A stretch of 64,000 nucleotides of DNA from a virus. The notes under the pieces were generated by a model, which was not told where the DNA came from, did no database searches, and saw only the letters and a list, made by a program, of their open reading frames with translations. The translations under genes were made by a program, and so were the position numbers. Location of the stretch: the IMG/VR virus record IMGVR_UViG_3300046747_000117; one strand, written 5' to 3'. Shown in pieces: positions 20,527 through 28,870 of this stretch (its first letter is position 1; every line of letters starts with the position of its first letter).

Positions 20527-20837
20527 TGTGGGTTCGTTCCGGTTCGTGCTGCCGCTGCGGCCAGTGCTGCGTCGGCACGCCATTGCTTTGGATGGTGCCG
20601 CCACCCGTGCTTTCGCCCGACGATCCGATGCTGCGCGATCCGCCGGTCCAGGGAATGTGTCCACTTTACGAGGTGCATGCCGGGGCGCCAGAGGGCGAAG
20701 GCTTTTGTATCGGTCACGAACCACCGAACCAGCACGGCTATTACCTGAGCGGCTGTAACATCTGGCCGGATAATCCGGAGCAAATCGCCGACAAGCCGGG
20801 TTGTTCTTACACCTTTACGTGGTCCGACGTGGACTGA
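20526..20837 (+). CDS. Cys-rich protein with YkgJ-like CxxCxxCC cluster
   Basis: CCRCGQCC...CPLY...FCIG...CNIWP...GCSYTF. Confidence 0.55.
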   Translation: MWVRSGSCCRCGQCCVGTPLLWMVPPPVLSPDDPMLRDPPVQGMCPLYEVHAGAPEGEGFCIGHEPPNQHGYYLSGCNIWPDNPEQIADKPGCSYTFTWSDVD

Positions 20838-20840
20838 CGG

Positions 20841-23732
20841 ATGGCCGTCCAGACCATCTGGCTGCTGGGGACGGCGGGTGTCACGCCGAACTTCTTCGGC
20901 AATACGCAGCTTAACGGCAGCGCGCCGACCGCGGCCAACACGGCGTTCGGTTGGGGTCCGGCCAAGACCGCTGTCACCACGCCGTATTTTCGGGGCCGTT
21001 TGGGCGCCACGACGACAGGCAGTGATGCCGCCGTCGCCAGTTCCTACAACGCGGGCACGTCAGGACCGACCAGAGGCACCGGCACGGGCGCCGCCACGGC
21101 GGGCGACAGTTTCATCGCGGGTCCGTTCTCCGGCACCTTCGCCGCCACCGCCTGGACCTTCAATTGTAATATCCGCGCGAGCACGGCCGGCGCCGTCGGC
21201 CACATCAACATGCGCTTTTGGCGATCCGCCAACGCGGACGGCTCGAGCGCGACTCAAATCACCGCCAACACCGTGGGCGCGACGGTCACGCTGTCCACCA
21301 CGGCAGACGTTAACAGTTCAATCACCTGGTCGCCAGGCGCGCTCGACCTCAACGCCCAGTACCTGTTCTTTCAGGTCGAGTGGCAGGAGACCACCGCCGG
21401 ATCAAGCAACAACGACAACGTCTTCTTTCGCATCGGCACGGCCTCGATCACCACGGCGGATTACGTCGCCGCCGCGCTGGGCACGCTATCGCTCACCCAG
21501 GCCAGCCAGACCCTGTCGTCCGTTGGTCAGGTCAGAGTCAACGGCACGCTCTCTCTCACCCAGGCGGCGCAAACGCTGGCCGCCGCGGGCGGCGGACTAC
21601 CACCCATCACCGGAGGAGTTGGAGGATCTCCAGATACAAACACGGTGTTGTTGATTCACGCCGATGGCGCCAACGGCTCGACGACATTCACCGATGCTTC
21701 TTCTTACGCGCACACGTTGTCGGTCATCAACAGCGCCCAGGTCACCACCGCCGCGTCGAAGTTCGGGACTGGCAGCGCGAAATTCGACGGCGATTCCGGT
21801 GCCTTCATCGACACCGGGAACGTCACGGATTTTCAGTTCGGATCGGCGCCGTTCACGATCGAGGCGTGGGCTTATTACACGTCGGCGCCTGGGAGCGCCA
21901 CCAAAGCAATCACCGCCGTGTGGGGACCGGAAGGCAACGATTCATGGTGGTTAGGAAACAGTAACAACGGCCTGATGTTCTTGTGGTCAACGACCGGTGT
22001 TTACGACGGCGGCAAGGTTCTTCAGCCCGGTGGTTTCACTCCCACACTCAACACCTGGTATCACATCGCGGCTGACCGGGACGCCTCCGGCATGCTGCGG
22101 ATGTACATCAACGGCGCGGTCTACGCATCACAAAGCATCACCGACTTTTTCTCCGCGAATGGCGGAACCTGTACCGTCGGTGGCGATCATGTGAACGCCG
22201 GGAACGGCTTCACCGGCTACCTCGACGAGGTCCGGGTCACCAAGGGCGTGGCTCGCTACGGTGGCGCTTTTACCCCGCCAACCGCGCCCTTCACTATCGC
22301 CGCGCCGCTGGCGCAGGCCAACCACACCATCGCCGCCACGGGCGATGTGCCGCTTCTGCCTCCCACGGCGATCCTCGCGCTGACCGAGATCAGCGACACG
22401 ATCTCGGCGGCGGCAACGGTCGGTCCCGACTCCGGTATCAGCGGAGGGCTTGGCGACCCCAACGCCTCCATCCCGATCCCGGTGGATCTTCTGGTTCACG
22501 CGGACGCCGCCGCCGGAACAACGGTGTTCACCGACGCATCCGGCAACAACTGGCCGATCACGACACTGGGCGATGCCCATGTCGGAAGCGCGGCGAAATT
22601 CGGCACCGGGTCCATGGCGTTCGGCCCGCCTTCGTCAACGATCTCGCAATTGGCGATAGGCGGGCCGGGTGACTTCCACATCCCTGGCTTTACGCCGTTC
22701 ACGATCGAATTCTGGGCCTGGTTTAACACCGATCCCACCGCCAGAACCCGCATTTTCACGGGTAAATGGGGGCCAGGCGGCAACGAATGGGTATTGGCCC
22801 TCGTCAATTCCGGCACCTTTACTTTCGTCTACACAACAAACGGAAGTGACTACCAGCTCGTCGGCTTAACCATACTCGCGTCGACAGATATCGGGAAGTG
22901 GATACATTTCGCGCTCGCCGGAGACGCCACCAACTTTAGAGCCTTTGTCAACGGTTCTATCGCGGGCTTTGGTTATCGTAACACACCATTTTATTTGAGT
23001 TCCTCCATAACCGGAATCGGCAACGACCCCGGTGACGGCGCGTCCGCTAATTTCGACGGCTACATCGATGAACTGGCGATCACCATCGGTACGTGCCGCT
23101 ATATTGCCGATTTCATCCCGCCTTATAAACCGTATCGGGCTTTCTCCGACCCCGGCTACATGGTCCAGGGCGCGCAGACCCTCGCGGCCACGGGCACGGT
23201 CGCTGATCCGGTCAGCGGCAACGTCGGCACGCTCAATCTCACGCAGGCGTCGCAGACGCTGTTCGGCACCGCGAAGGTCGCGGTCGACGGCACGCTGGGC
23301 CTCACTCAACAGCCGCAAACGCTGGCCGCGACCGGCGGTGTGGCCCTCGGCGCCACGCTGGGCCTCACACAGGCACCACAGACGATCGCCGCCGCGGGCG
23401 GGGTCACCGTCACCGGCACGCTGGGCCTGACCCAGCAGCCGCAGACACTCGCGGCGGTCGGGCGTGTGCTGGTCGGTGGCGCGCTGGGCCTGACGCAACA
23501 GTCCCAGACGTTGCTGGCGGCGGGGCAGATCCTGGTGACGGGCACGTTGTCGATCGCGCAGGCGCCTCAGACGCTGTCCGCGTTCGGCACGGTCGTCTCG
23601 CCTGGCGTCATCGTCGGCAACCTCAACCTGACGCAGGATGACCATGTGTTGAGCGCCACCGGCACCGTGCCCGCGAACGACACGGGAATCATGGAGACGC
23701 AGTACTATTACCGCCGACGAATGAGGAGATAA
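20841..23732 (+). CDS. Tail fibre with two LamG/concanavalin-A-like domains
   Basis: Two copies of LLIHAD...FTDAS...KFGTGS...FTIEAW...W.H.A...GYLDE.R.TKG, plus about 19-aa GTLxLTQxxQTLAAxG stalk repeats. Confidence 0.8.
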   Translation: MAVQTIWLLGTAGVTPNFFGNTQLNGSAPTAANTAFGWGPAKTAVTTPYFRGRLGATTTGSDAAVASSYNAGTSGPTRGTGTGAATAGDSFIAGPFSGTFAATAWTFNCNIRASTAGAVGHINMRFWRSANADGSSATQITANTVGATVTLSTTADVNSSITWSPGALDLNAQYLFFQVEWQETTAGSSNNDNVFFRIGTASITTADYVAAALGTLSLTQASQTLSSVGQVRVNGTLSLTQAAQTLAAAGGGLPPITGGVGGSPDTNTVLLIHADGANGSTTFTDASSYAHTLSVINSAQVTTAASKFGTGSAKFDGDSGAFIDTGNVTDFQFGSAPFTIEAWAYYTSAPGSATKAITAVWGPEGNDSWWLGNSNNGLMFLWSTTGVYDGGKVLQPGGFTPTLNTWYHIAADRDASGMLRMYINGAVYASQSITDFFSANGGTCTVGGDHVNAGNGFTGYLDEVRVTKGVARYGGAFTPPTAPFTIAAPLAQANHTIAATGDVPLLPPTAILALTEISDTISAAATVGPDSGISGGLGDPNASIPIPVDLLVHADAAAGTTVFTDASGNNWPITTLGDAHVGSAAKFGTGSMAFGPPSSTISQLAIGGPGDFHIPGFTPFTIEFWAWFNTDPTARTRIFTGKWGPGGNEWVLALVNSGTFTFVYTTNGSDYQLVGLTILASTDIGKWIHFALAGDATNFRAFVNGSIAGFGYRNTPFYLSSSITGIGNDPGDGASANFDGYIDELAITIGTCRYIADFIPPYKPYRAFSDPGYMVQGAQTLAATGTVADPVSGNVGTLNLTQASQTLFGTAKVAVDGTLGLTQQPQTLAATGGVALGATLGLTQAPQTIAAAGGVTVTGTLGLTQQPQTLAAVGRVLVGGALGLTQQSQTLLAAGQILVTGTLSIAQAPQTLSAFGTVVSPGVIVGNLNLTQDDHVLSATGTVPANDTGIMETQYYYRRRMRR

Positions 23733-23734
23733 CA

Positions 23735-24103
23735 ATGGCGACAATAAATCCGGTGATCACGGCGGTTGGCCGGGGCGATGGATCGACACTGCTCGTGACG
23801 TGGTCGCCGTTGACCAACGCGGACACCTGTCAGCCGGTTTCATACCCGGAATACTCCGATCGATCGGTGCATGTGTCGGGCACGTTCTCTAGCGCCTCCG
23901 TCGCGGTGCGCGGGTCGAACAACGGTACGACCTACGCGCCGCTGAACGACCCGACCCGCACGATCATCGCGATGACGACCGAAACGATTCAGGCGGTGCT
24001 GGAAAACACCGTCTACGTCCAGCCGGTCGCCACCGCCGGCACGGGCGGGCAGACGCTGACCATTTCGATGCTGTTCCATCTCACCAACCCCTTGAGGACC
24101 TGA
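23735..24103 (+). CDS. Hypothetical beta-rich virion protein
   Basis: 122-aa ORF with RBS GAGGAG. Confidence 0.65.
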   Translation: MATINPVITAVGRGDGSTLLVTWSPLTNADTCQPVSYPEYSDRSVHVSGTFSSASVAVRGSNNGTTYAPLNDPTRTIIAMTTETIQAVLENTVYVQPVATAGTGGQTLTISMLFHLTNPLRT

Positions 24104-24105
24104 CA

Positions 24106-24636
24106 ATGGCGGACTTCAGCGAAGCAGCGGAATTCGTACGCCGCTGGGTTGAGAAACAACGCGATGTCATCGCGCTGGGCGAGGCGTTGCAGACCATCGG
24201 GCGCATCGACCACGCCGCGAAGGAACACGAGGAGGCGCGCGATAAACTCGCCATCCAGGTCGCGGCGGCGAAAGAGGAACTTCAGAAAACCACCGACGCG
24301 CACAAGACGTTTCTCGCCACGCGCGCCAAAGACCTGAAGGACCACGAGGCCGCGGCGCGACAGATCCTGGCCGACGCCAAAGCGGCGGGCGGCGAGGCGC
24401 TGGACCAGGCACGCGCGGGCGCGGACGCCACGATCGCCAGCGCGAACGCCGAGGCGGAACGCATGCGCGAGGCGAACGCGCAACGCATGGCGGAACTGGA
24501 ACGGGCGTTCGCGGCGAAAAGCGCGGAACTGAGCGACATGCAACAAACACTGACCGCCGCCCGGCAAGAACACGAAGCCCTGGTCGAGACGATCGCCAAC
24601 ATGCGACGCCTCGCCGGGCGTGTCATGGCGGACTAG
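24106..24636 (+). CDS. Coiled-coil protein
   Basis: 176 aa, A/E/K/R-rich heptads, RBS GAGGA. Confidence 0.65.
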   Translation: MADFSEAAEFVRRWVEKQRDVIALGEALQTIGRIDHAAKEHEEARDKLAIQVAAAKEELQKTTDAHKTFLATRAKDLKDHEAAARQILADAKAAGGEALDQARAGADATIASANAEAERMREANAQRMAELERAFAAKSAELSDMQQTLTAARQEHEALVETIANMRRLAGRVMAD

Positions 24637-24645
24637 GCCGATCGT

Positions 24646-24951
24646 CTGGCTGACACACCGTCAGGCTGGATACGCGCCAACCTCGGCATCGCCGCCACGC
24701 TCCTCGCGCTCGCCGGCACGATCCTCGGCGGGGTCGCCGCGGCCAGCACATGGCTCGCCTCGATGCACCACCTGGAGCGGCGCGTCGACGTGCTGCGTGG
24801 CGAAATAACCACCATGCAGGGCGCAATGGCCACGAACCGGACGACCGTGCAGGACGTGCGCCGCGCGCTGGAGGCCAACGACGCCGCCCACCGCGAGGCC
24901 ATCGCCCGCGCCGAGGAGCGGCTCAAGGCTCTGGAACGAGCCAAACCGTAA
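24646..24951 (+). CDS. Single-TM plus coiled-coil membrane protein (holin-like candidate), probable CTG start
   Basis: Frame of ORF 24763..24951 extends upstream through a TM segment (LGIAATLLALAGTILGGVAAA) to CTG 24646. Confidence 0.5.
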   Translation: MADTPSGWIRANLGIAATLLALAGTILGGVAAASTWLASMHHLERRVDVLRGEITTMQGAMATNRTTVQDVRRALEANDAAHREAIARAEERLKALERAKP

Positions 24952-25023
24952 CGCGGGCGAGGGAGCGCCGCGTCACTGGGCGTGCTAGCCACGCTCGCCA
25001 CCCCAACAAACAGGAGACGCAGC

Positions 25024-25557
25024 ATGCCTTTCGTCAGTGGATTCCTACAGGTGCGCCACGGCGGACACCCGGACCAGGGACTGCCGGGCGAACAGCCGGG
25101 AATCGATAATTCTTTGCCCGGGATGCCCGCCTACCCGGACCAGGGGTTGCCGATGCCGCCGCCTGGCACGTTTCCGCCACCCAGCCCGGCGCATCCGATC
25201 GTCCCCGCGCCACCGTCCACGCCGCCTGGCGTGATCTGGCCACCGATCGGTCGTCCGCCGTCCTGGGGCGGGGGCTGGGGCAGCGGCAACCGGCCCGATC
25301 AGGGACTTCCTGGCAGCCAGCCGGGACCGGACAACACCCTGCCGGGTCAGCCCGCGACCCCGGACAACACGCTGCCGACGCAGCCGCCGCGCCCCGACAA
25401 CTCGTTGCCATCTCAGATGTATTGGGTGGTCTGTGGAATCCCCGGTGTCGGTTGGCGCTATGTGTGCGTCGACCCCTCGCTTCAGCCGGGAATGCCGCTG
25501 CCGCCGACGCCGGTGAACCCCGACAATACGCTGCCGCCGACCGCCGAACCTAAATGA
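25024..25557 (+). CDS. Pro-rich repeat protein (PD[Q/N]xLP repeats)
   Basis: ATG 25024 with RBS CAGGAG. Repeated PDQGLP/PDNTLP/PDNSLP units and a C-terminal YWVVCGIPGVGWRYVCVDP. Confidence 0.7.
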   Translation: MPFVSGFLQVRHGGHPDQGLPGEQPGIDNSLPGMPAYPDQGLPMPPPGTFPPPSPAHPIVPAPPSTPPGVIWPPIGRPPSWGGGWGSGNRPDQGLPGSQPGPDNTLPGQPATPDNTLPTQPPRPDNSLPSQMYWVVCGIPGVGWRYVCVDPSLQPGMPLPPTPVNPDNTLPPTAEPK

Positions 25558-25559
25558 CG

Positions 25560-25592
25560 AAAAGGGCGCGCACCCGACCTGGATGCGCGCCC
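25560..25592 (-). terminator. Intrinsic terminator closing the Cas7-like operon
   Basis: Minus strand GGGCGCGCA-loop-TGCGCGCCC followed by TTTT, immediately after array A. Confidence 0.75.
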
Positions 25593-25830
25593 ACCTCGCC
25601 TCGCCCTACCAAGCCCCGCCACGCCGGACCCCGCCTAGCCCCGCCGCGCCCTACCCCGCCCGGCCCTGCCACGCCTCACCCCGGCAAACCCGACCGCGCC
25701 TCGCCTGACCTGACCACGCCCTGCCTCGCCGCGCCTCGCCTAACCACGGCGGGCCGCGCCAAGCCACACCTTGCCTAACCGGACCGTGCCCCGCCGGGCC
25801 ACACCCCACCTCGGCGCGCCACGCCGAACC
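25591..25830 (-). repeat. Array A: 48 in-phase GGY-NN pentamers (putative guide RNA)
   Basis: Plus strand reads NN-RCC every 5 nt with no indels. 45 of 48 units are GGY and 3 are GCC. Begins 2 nt after the stop of the Cas7-like gene. Confidence 0.95.
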
Positions 25831-25832
25831 TG

Positions 25833-26450
25833 TTACGCCTCGGAAACGCTGTATTTCACGACGCTAAACCGTCCGTAGGTTGGTCGAAAATCGCCAACGC
25901 CGCCGATCCTGCCAGCGAGCGTGACGACCTCGTGCAACTGATCCTGATTGACATATTCCGGTAGCGTCACCAAAAACCTGAAGTCACAGGTCCAGCCGAC
26001 CCGCATCGCCGGGCGGATTCTGTTGATGCCAGCACGCTGAATGACAACGCGGCGCCTGTCCTCGTAATCCCAGTCCTTTGTCCCAAAAGACGCCAGCGGC
26101 GTCAGCGAAACGATCGCCGCCTTGTAGAGATCCATGGCGGACTTTCTTGGAGAGCGCGGATCTTGCCTGAACTTCGAAGCCTGGATGATCGCGCCACGCA
26201 GGTATTCCCCGGGCATGCAGATCATTCCATTTTCGTCGCGATAGACATACGACTCGACATCGTCGGTCTTTTTCGCCGCGCTGTTTTTCGCGGCTTTCCC
26301 TTTGGTCTCAACGCTTTCCGCGTTCCACCGATGGAACAGAACATCGGCTGACCCTCGGATCGAGACATTCGCGACGTACGGCAGCTCAGAGTTGATCGCC
26401 TCTTTGCCGCCATTCGTTACGTTATCTGTTATTCGTACGACCTTCGCCAT
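25833..26450 (-). CDS. Cas7/RAMP-like RNA-binding protein (Vipr-like candidate effector)
   Basis: 205 aa. CMPGEYLRGAI resembles the RAMP IPGSSLKGAL motif. C-terminal Gly-rich loop AGRIGGVGDFRPTYGRF. RBS GGGGGA. Flanked by GGY-NN arrays. Confidence 0.8.
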   Translation of the reverse strand: MAKVVRITDNVTNGGKEAINSELPYVANVSIRGSADVLFHRWNAESVETKGKAAKNSAAKKTDDVESYVYRDENGMICMPGEYLRGAIIQASKFRQDPRSPRKSAMDLYKAAIVSLTPLASFGTKDWDYEDRRRVVIQRAGINRIRPAMRVGWTCDFRFLVTLPEYVNQDQLHEVVTLAGRIGGVGDFRPTYGRFSVVKYSVSEA

Positions 26451-26464
26451 TTATTCCCCCTGTG

Positions 26465-26574
26465 AAACCACGCCCGGCCAGACCCCACCTCGCCTGACCC
26501 CGCCCAGCCTCGCCTTGCCAGACCCAAGCCCGCCCAACCGCGCCGCGCCACGGCCAACCACGCCGCGCCACACC
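26465..26574 (-). repeat. Array B: 22 in-phase GGY-NN pentamers in the leader of the Cas7-like gene
   Basis: 20 of 22 units are GGY (one GCC, one GCT). Ends 14 nt before the ATG. Confidence 0.93.
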
Positions 26575-26579
26575 GCGAG

Positions 26580-26628
26580 AGATAGCCTAGCCGTAATTTT
26601 TTGACCGGGTCAAGGGGCTAGGCTATCT
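26580..26628. promoter_or_regulatory. Inverted-repeat divergent promoter/operator
   Basis: 13-bp perfect inverted repeat AGATAGCCTAGCC...GGCTAGGCTATCT enclosing the palindrome TTGACC-G-GGTCAA. On the minus strand, TTGACC-N18-TAGGCT precedes array B. Confidence 0.65.
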
Positions 26629-26635
26629 TATGGTC

Positions 26636-26839
26636 ATGCCAAGGGTGTTAAAATATCCTGAAAGAGCGCAGTGCAATGTCGTCGCCGGCACGCTCGCGGC
26701 CCTGGAGGCGCGGTTTGAGGCCGGCGACGATCACGCGAAGCTGTTGCGACGCATCGTCAGCAATTGGATACGCGACACCCCGGCGACTAACTCCAAAGAT
26801 CGCCCGCGACGTGGCCCACCGGAATCGTCTTCGCGGTGA
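26636..26839 (+). CDS. Small ribbon-helix-helix-like regulator, divergent from the Cas7-like operon
   Basis: MPRVLKYPERAQCNV...LAALEARF...HAKLLRRIVSNWI has a beta-helix-helix layout. Alternative ATG at 26630. Confidence 0.5.
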   Translation: MPRVLKYPERAQCNVVAGTLAALEARFEAGDDHAKLLRRIVSNWIRDTPATNSKDRPRRGPPESSSR

Positions 26840-27923
26840 TCTCAAAGGTGATCGCCGACAGCGCCGGGGACGACAGCCACACCGAGGGATGCGCCACGCT
26901 GTAAGCGGTGAAATCGGTCAGCATCAGGGTATGATACTGATCGATCGTCAAAACCGGAGGTGGCGGTGGGGGAGGCGGTGTGGCTGGCGGCGGGGGCGTG
27001 GGCGCTGGCGGTGGCGGCGTGGCTGGCGTGGGTGGCGTTCCGCCCAGGAAGCCGATCGGCGCCAGATCCAGCACCGGGCGCGCGACCACCGTGCCCCCCA
27101 ACGGATTCGCCAGGCCGAACACCGAATTGCCCGCGAACGATGTCAGTCCAACGCCCGTTGGATTGAGGATGCCGACGCCACCGGAACGATCGTTGACGAT
27201 CGTGTTGCCGGTCATCGACACGTTGTTGGACGGGTAGGCCAGGCCCTCCTCGCCATACGCGATGATGTTCTGGTTCGGACTGTTCGGCCCTTGCTCTATC
27301 GCATTATCAGCCAGATTGAGATTGCCACCATTAGGAATATCAACAGTATAACTCGCGTCAGAATTGCCATCAAAAAGTCGATTATTCGTGATCGTATTGT
27401 TGGCCGCACGGGACTTTACCTCGTGACCCTGATTGGCGTCATGGATGTAGCTGTTCGTGAGCGTGAAACTGGCGACCATGCCGATATAAATATCGTGCGT
27501 TCCACCCGAACCTCCCACGCCATTGAACGCGAACTCGGAACGATCGATCGTGATCGAGCCGTTCGGATCGGGCGCGCCGAGGATGCCGTCCTGATTGCCG
27601 TGAAAATACACGTCGTTCAGGGTCAGGTTGCCAGACTCGTAGCGCACGGCTGCGCCGTTGGCGTCGGGCACCGTTACGCCAGAGATATCGAACCCCGAGA
27701 TCGTTACGTTGCCGCCCTCATCGATCATCGCCTTGCCGTTCGGCGGCTGGATCGTTTCGGTCATCACGGCGAACCCGCCGACCGCCATGAGCGTGATGTC
27801 CTTGAACACCGACAGGAACTGGTTGACGTAAGATCCCGCCGCGACCTGGACGGTATCGCCTGGCTGCGCGCGGTCGATCGCCGCCTGGATGTCGCCACCC
27901 GCCTGCACCGTCAGTATCGCCAT
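26787..27923 (-). CDS. Right-handed parallel beta-helix (pectin-lyase-like) protein
   Basis: IQAAIDRAQPGDTVQVAAGSY...NGKA...GAAVRYESG...HDIYIG...GHEVKSRA. Pro-rich linker near the C-terminus. Confidence 0.8.
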   Translation of the reverse strand: MAILTVQAGGDIQAAIDRAQPGDTVQVAAGSYVNQFLSVFKDITLMAVGGFAVMTETIQPPNGKAMIDEGGNVTISGFDISGVTVPDANGAAVRYESGNLTLNDVYFHGNQDGILGAPDPNGSITIDRSEFAFNGVGGSGGTHDIYIGMVASFTLTNSYIHDANQGHEVKSRAANNTITNNRLFDGNSDASYTVDIPNGGNLNLADNAIEQGPNSPNQNIIAYGEEGLAYPSNNVSMTGNTIVNDRSGGVGILNPTGVGLTSFAGNSVFGLANPLGGTVVARPVLDLAPIGFLGGTPPTPATPPPPAPTPPPPATPPPPPPPPVLTIDQYHTLMLTDFTAYSVAHPSVWLSSPALSAITFEITAKTIPVGHVAGDLWS

Positions 27924-28171
27924 GGTCCGATTCCCCGTGGTTGCCCGCGGAGTCTAGCGCATTTCCGGGCGCGTCATGCCCGTGTCATTGGACATTCATG
28001 CTGCGGCGCAACATAATGCGCCATGAGACACATTATTGCAGCCGCGATATTGGCAGGAATCCTCACGAATTGCGCCCCCCCCGCACCGAGCCAGGGCTGG
28101 GGGGGCGCCTTCCCGGGTAACCCGATCGCCGTCTCGGTCTGGTCCCCGGCGGTTGAGTCAGCGGGCGACGG

Positions 28172-28870
28172 TCAGGGACCGTAACGCCGCCGACGACGGA
28201 CGACGGCGAGACCGGCCAGGCCCGTTCCCAAAACAGCCAAGGTCATGGGTTCCGGCGTGTCCACGATGACCGGATTGATCACGCAGTCCGGACAGGTCGT
28301 GTTCACCGGGATTTCCTCGGAGACCAGCGAGTAGTTGTTCTGGCTCCCGACCCAGTCGATCTTCAGCGCGGTGGTGTAGTTCGCCCATGATCCCGACGTG
28401 AGCGTGGCTTCAAAACCGATGACGATCGGACCTGACAACAACCCGACCGGCGTCGGCGGGATCAGCGTGTTGTCGAAGCAGTAGAACCCACCCGATCCGT
28501 CGCAGCCGCTCGACGCCAGCCCGCCGGGGACGAAGTTGAACCCGTTGGCGCCCAGGGTCGTCACGCCGTTAACGCGAACACCGACGACCTGACCGCTGGA
28601 GGGGTTGTTTTTGGACACCGTGTTAAACGCGATGGCGTTGATCCCGGTGCGCCCGCCGCGCGTGTCGGCGATCGAGTTCTCGCCCGCGATGACCAGCGCG
28701 AACTGTTCGGTGAGCGGATCGGCGGTGGCCTGGGCTTCCAGCGTGTAGACCAGGCCCTCGGTGGCGGCGTCAGGCCCCAGCGTGATCAGCGCGGCATGGG
28801 CCGGGGCCGAACACAGCGCGCCCGCGACGACGCCGATCGCCGCCGCGGTCGCGAGGAGGTAAGCCCTCAC
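28172..28870 (-). CDS. PEP-CTERM sorting-domain protein
   Basis: Signal peptide MRAYLLATAAAIG...PAHA and C-terminus TPEPMTLAVLGTGLAGLAVVRRRRR. Confidence 0.9.
   Translation of the reverse strand: MRAYLLATAAAIGVVAGALCSAPAHAALITLGPDAATEGLVYTLEAQATADPLTEQFALVIAGENSIADTRGGRTGINAIAFNTVSKNNPSSGQVVGVRVNGVTTLGANGFNFVPGGLASSGCDGSGGFYCFDNTLIPPTPVGLLSGPIVIGFEATLTSGSWANYTTALKIDWVGSQNNYSLVSEEIPVNTTCPDCVINPVIVDTPEPMTLAVLGTGLAGLAVVRRRRRYGP

Noticed and set aside
25554-25778. ORF over array A (MTKRARTRPG...)
   Set aside because: Low-complexity P/R/A translation produced by the 5-nt repeat. Period 5 is not compatible with codon-level selection.
26614-26621. GGGGCTAG matches the concatenated NN of array D (GG GG CT AG)
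   Set aside because: Only 8 nt, expected by chance. I found no convincing self-target for any array by eye, but a manual search is not exhaustive.
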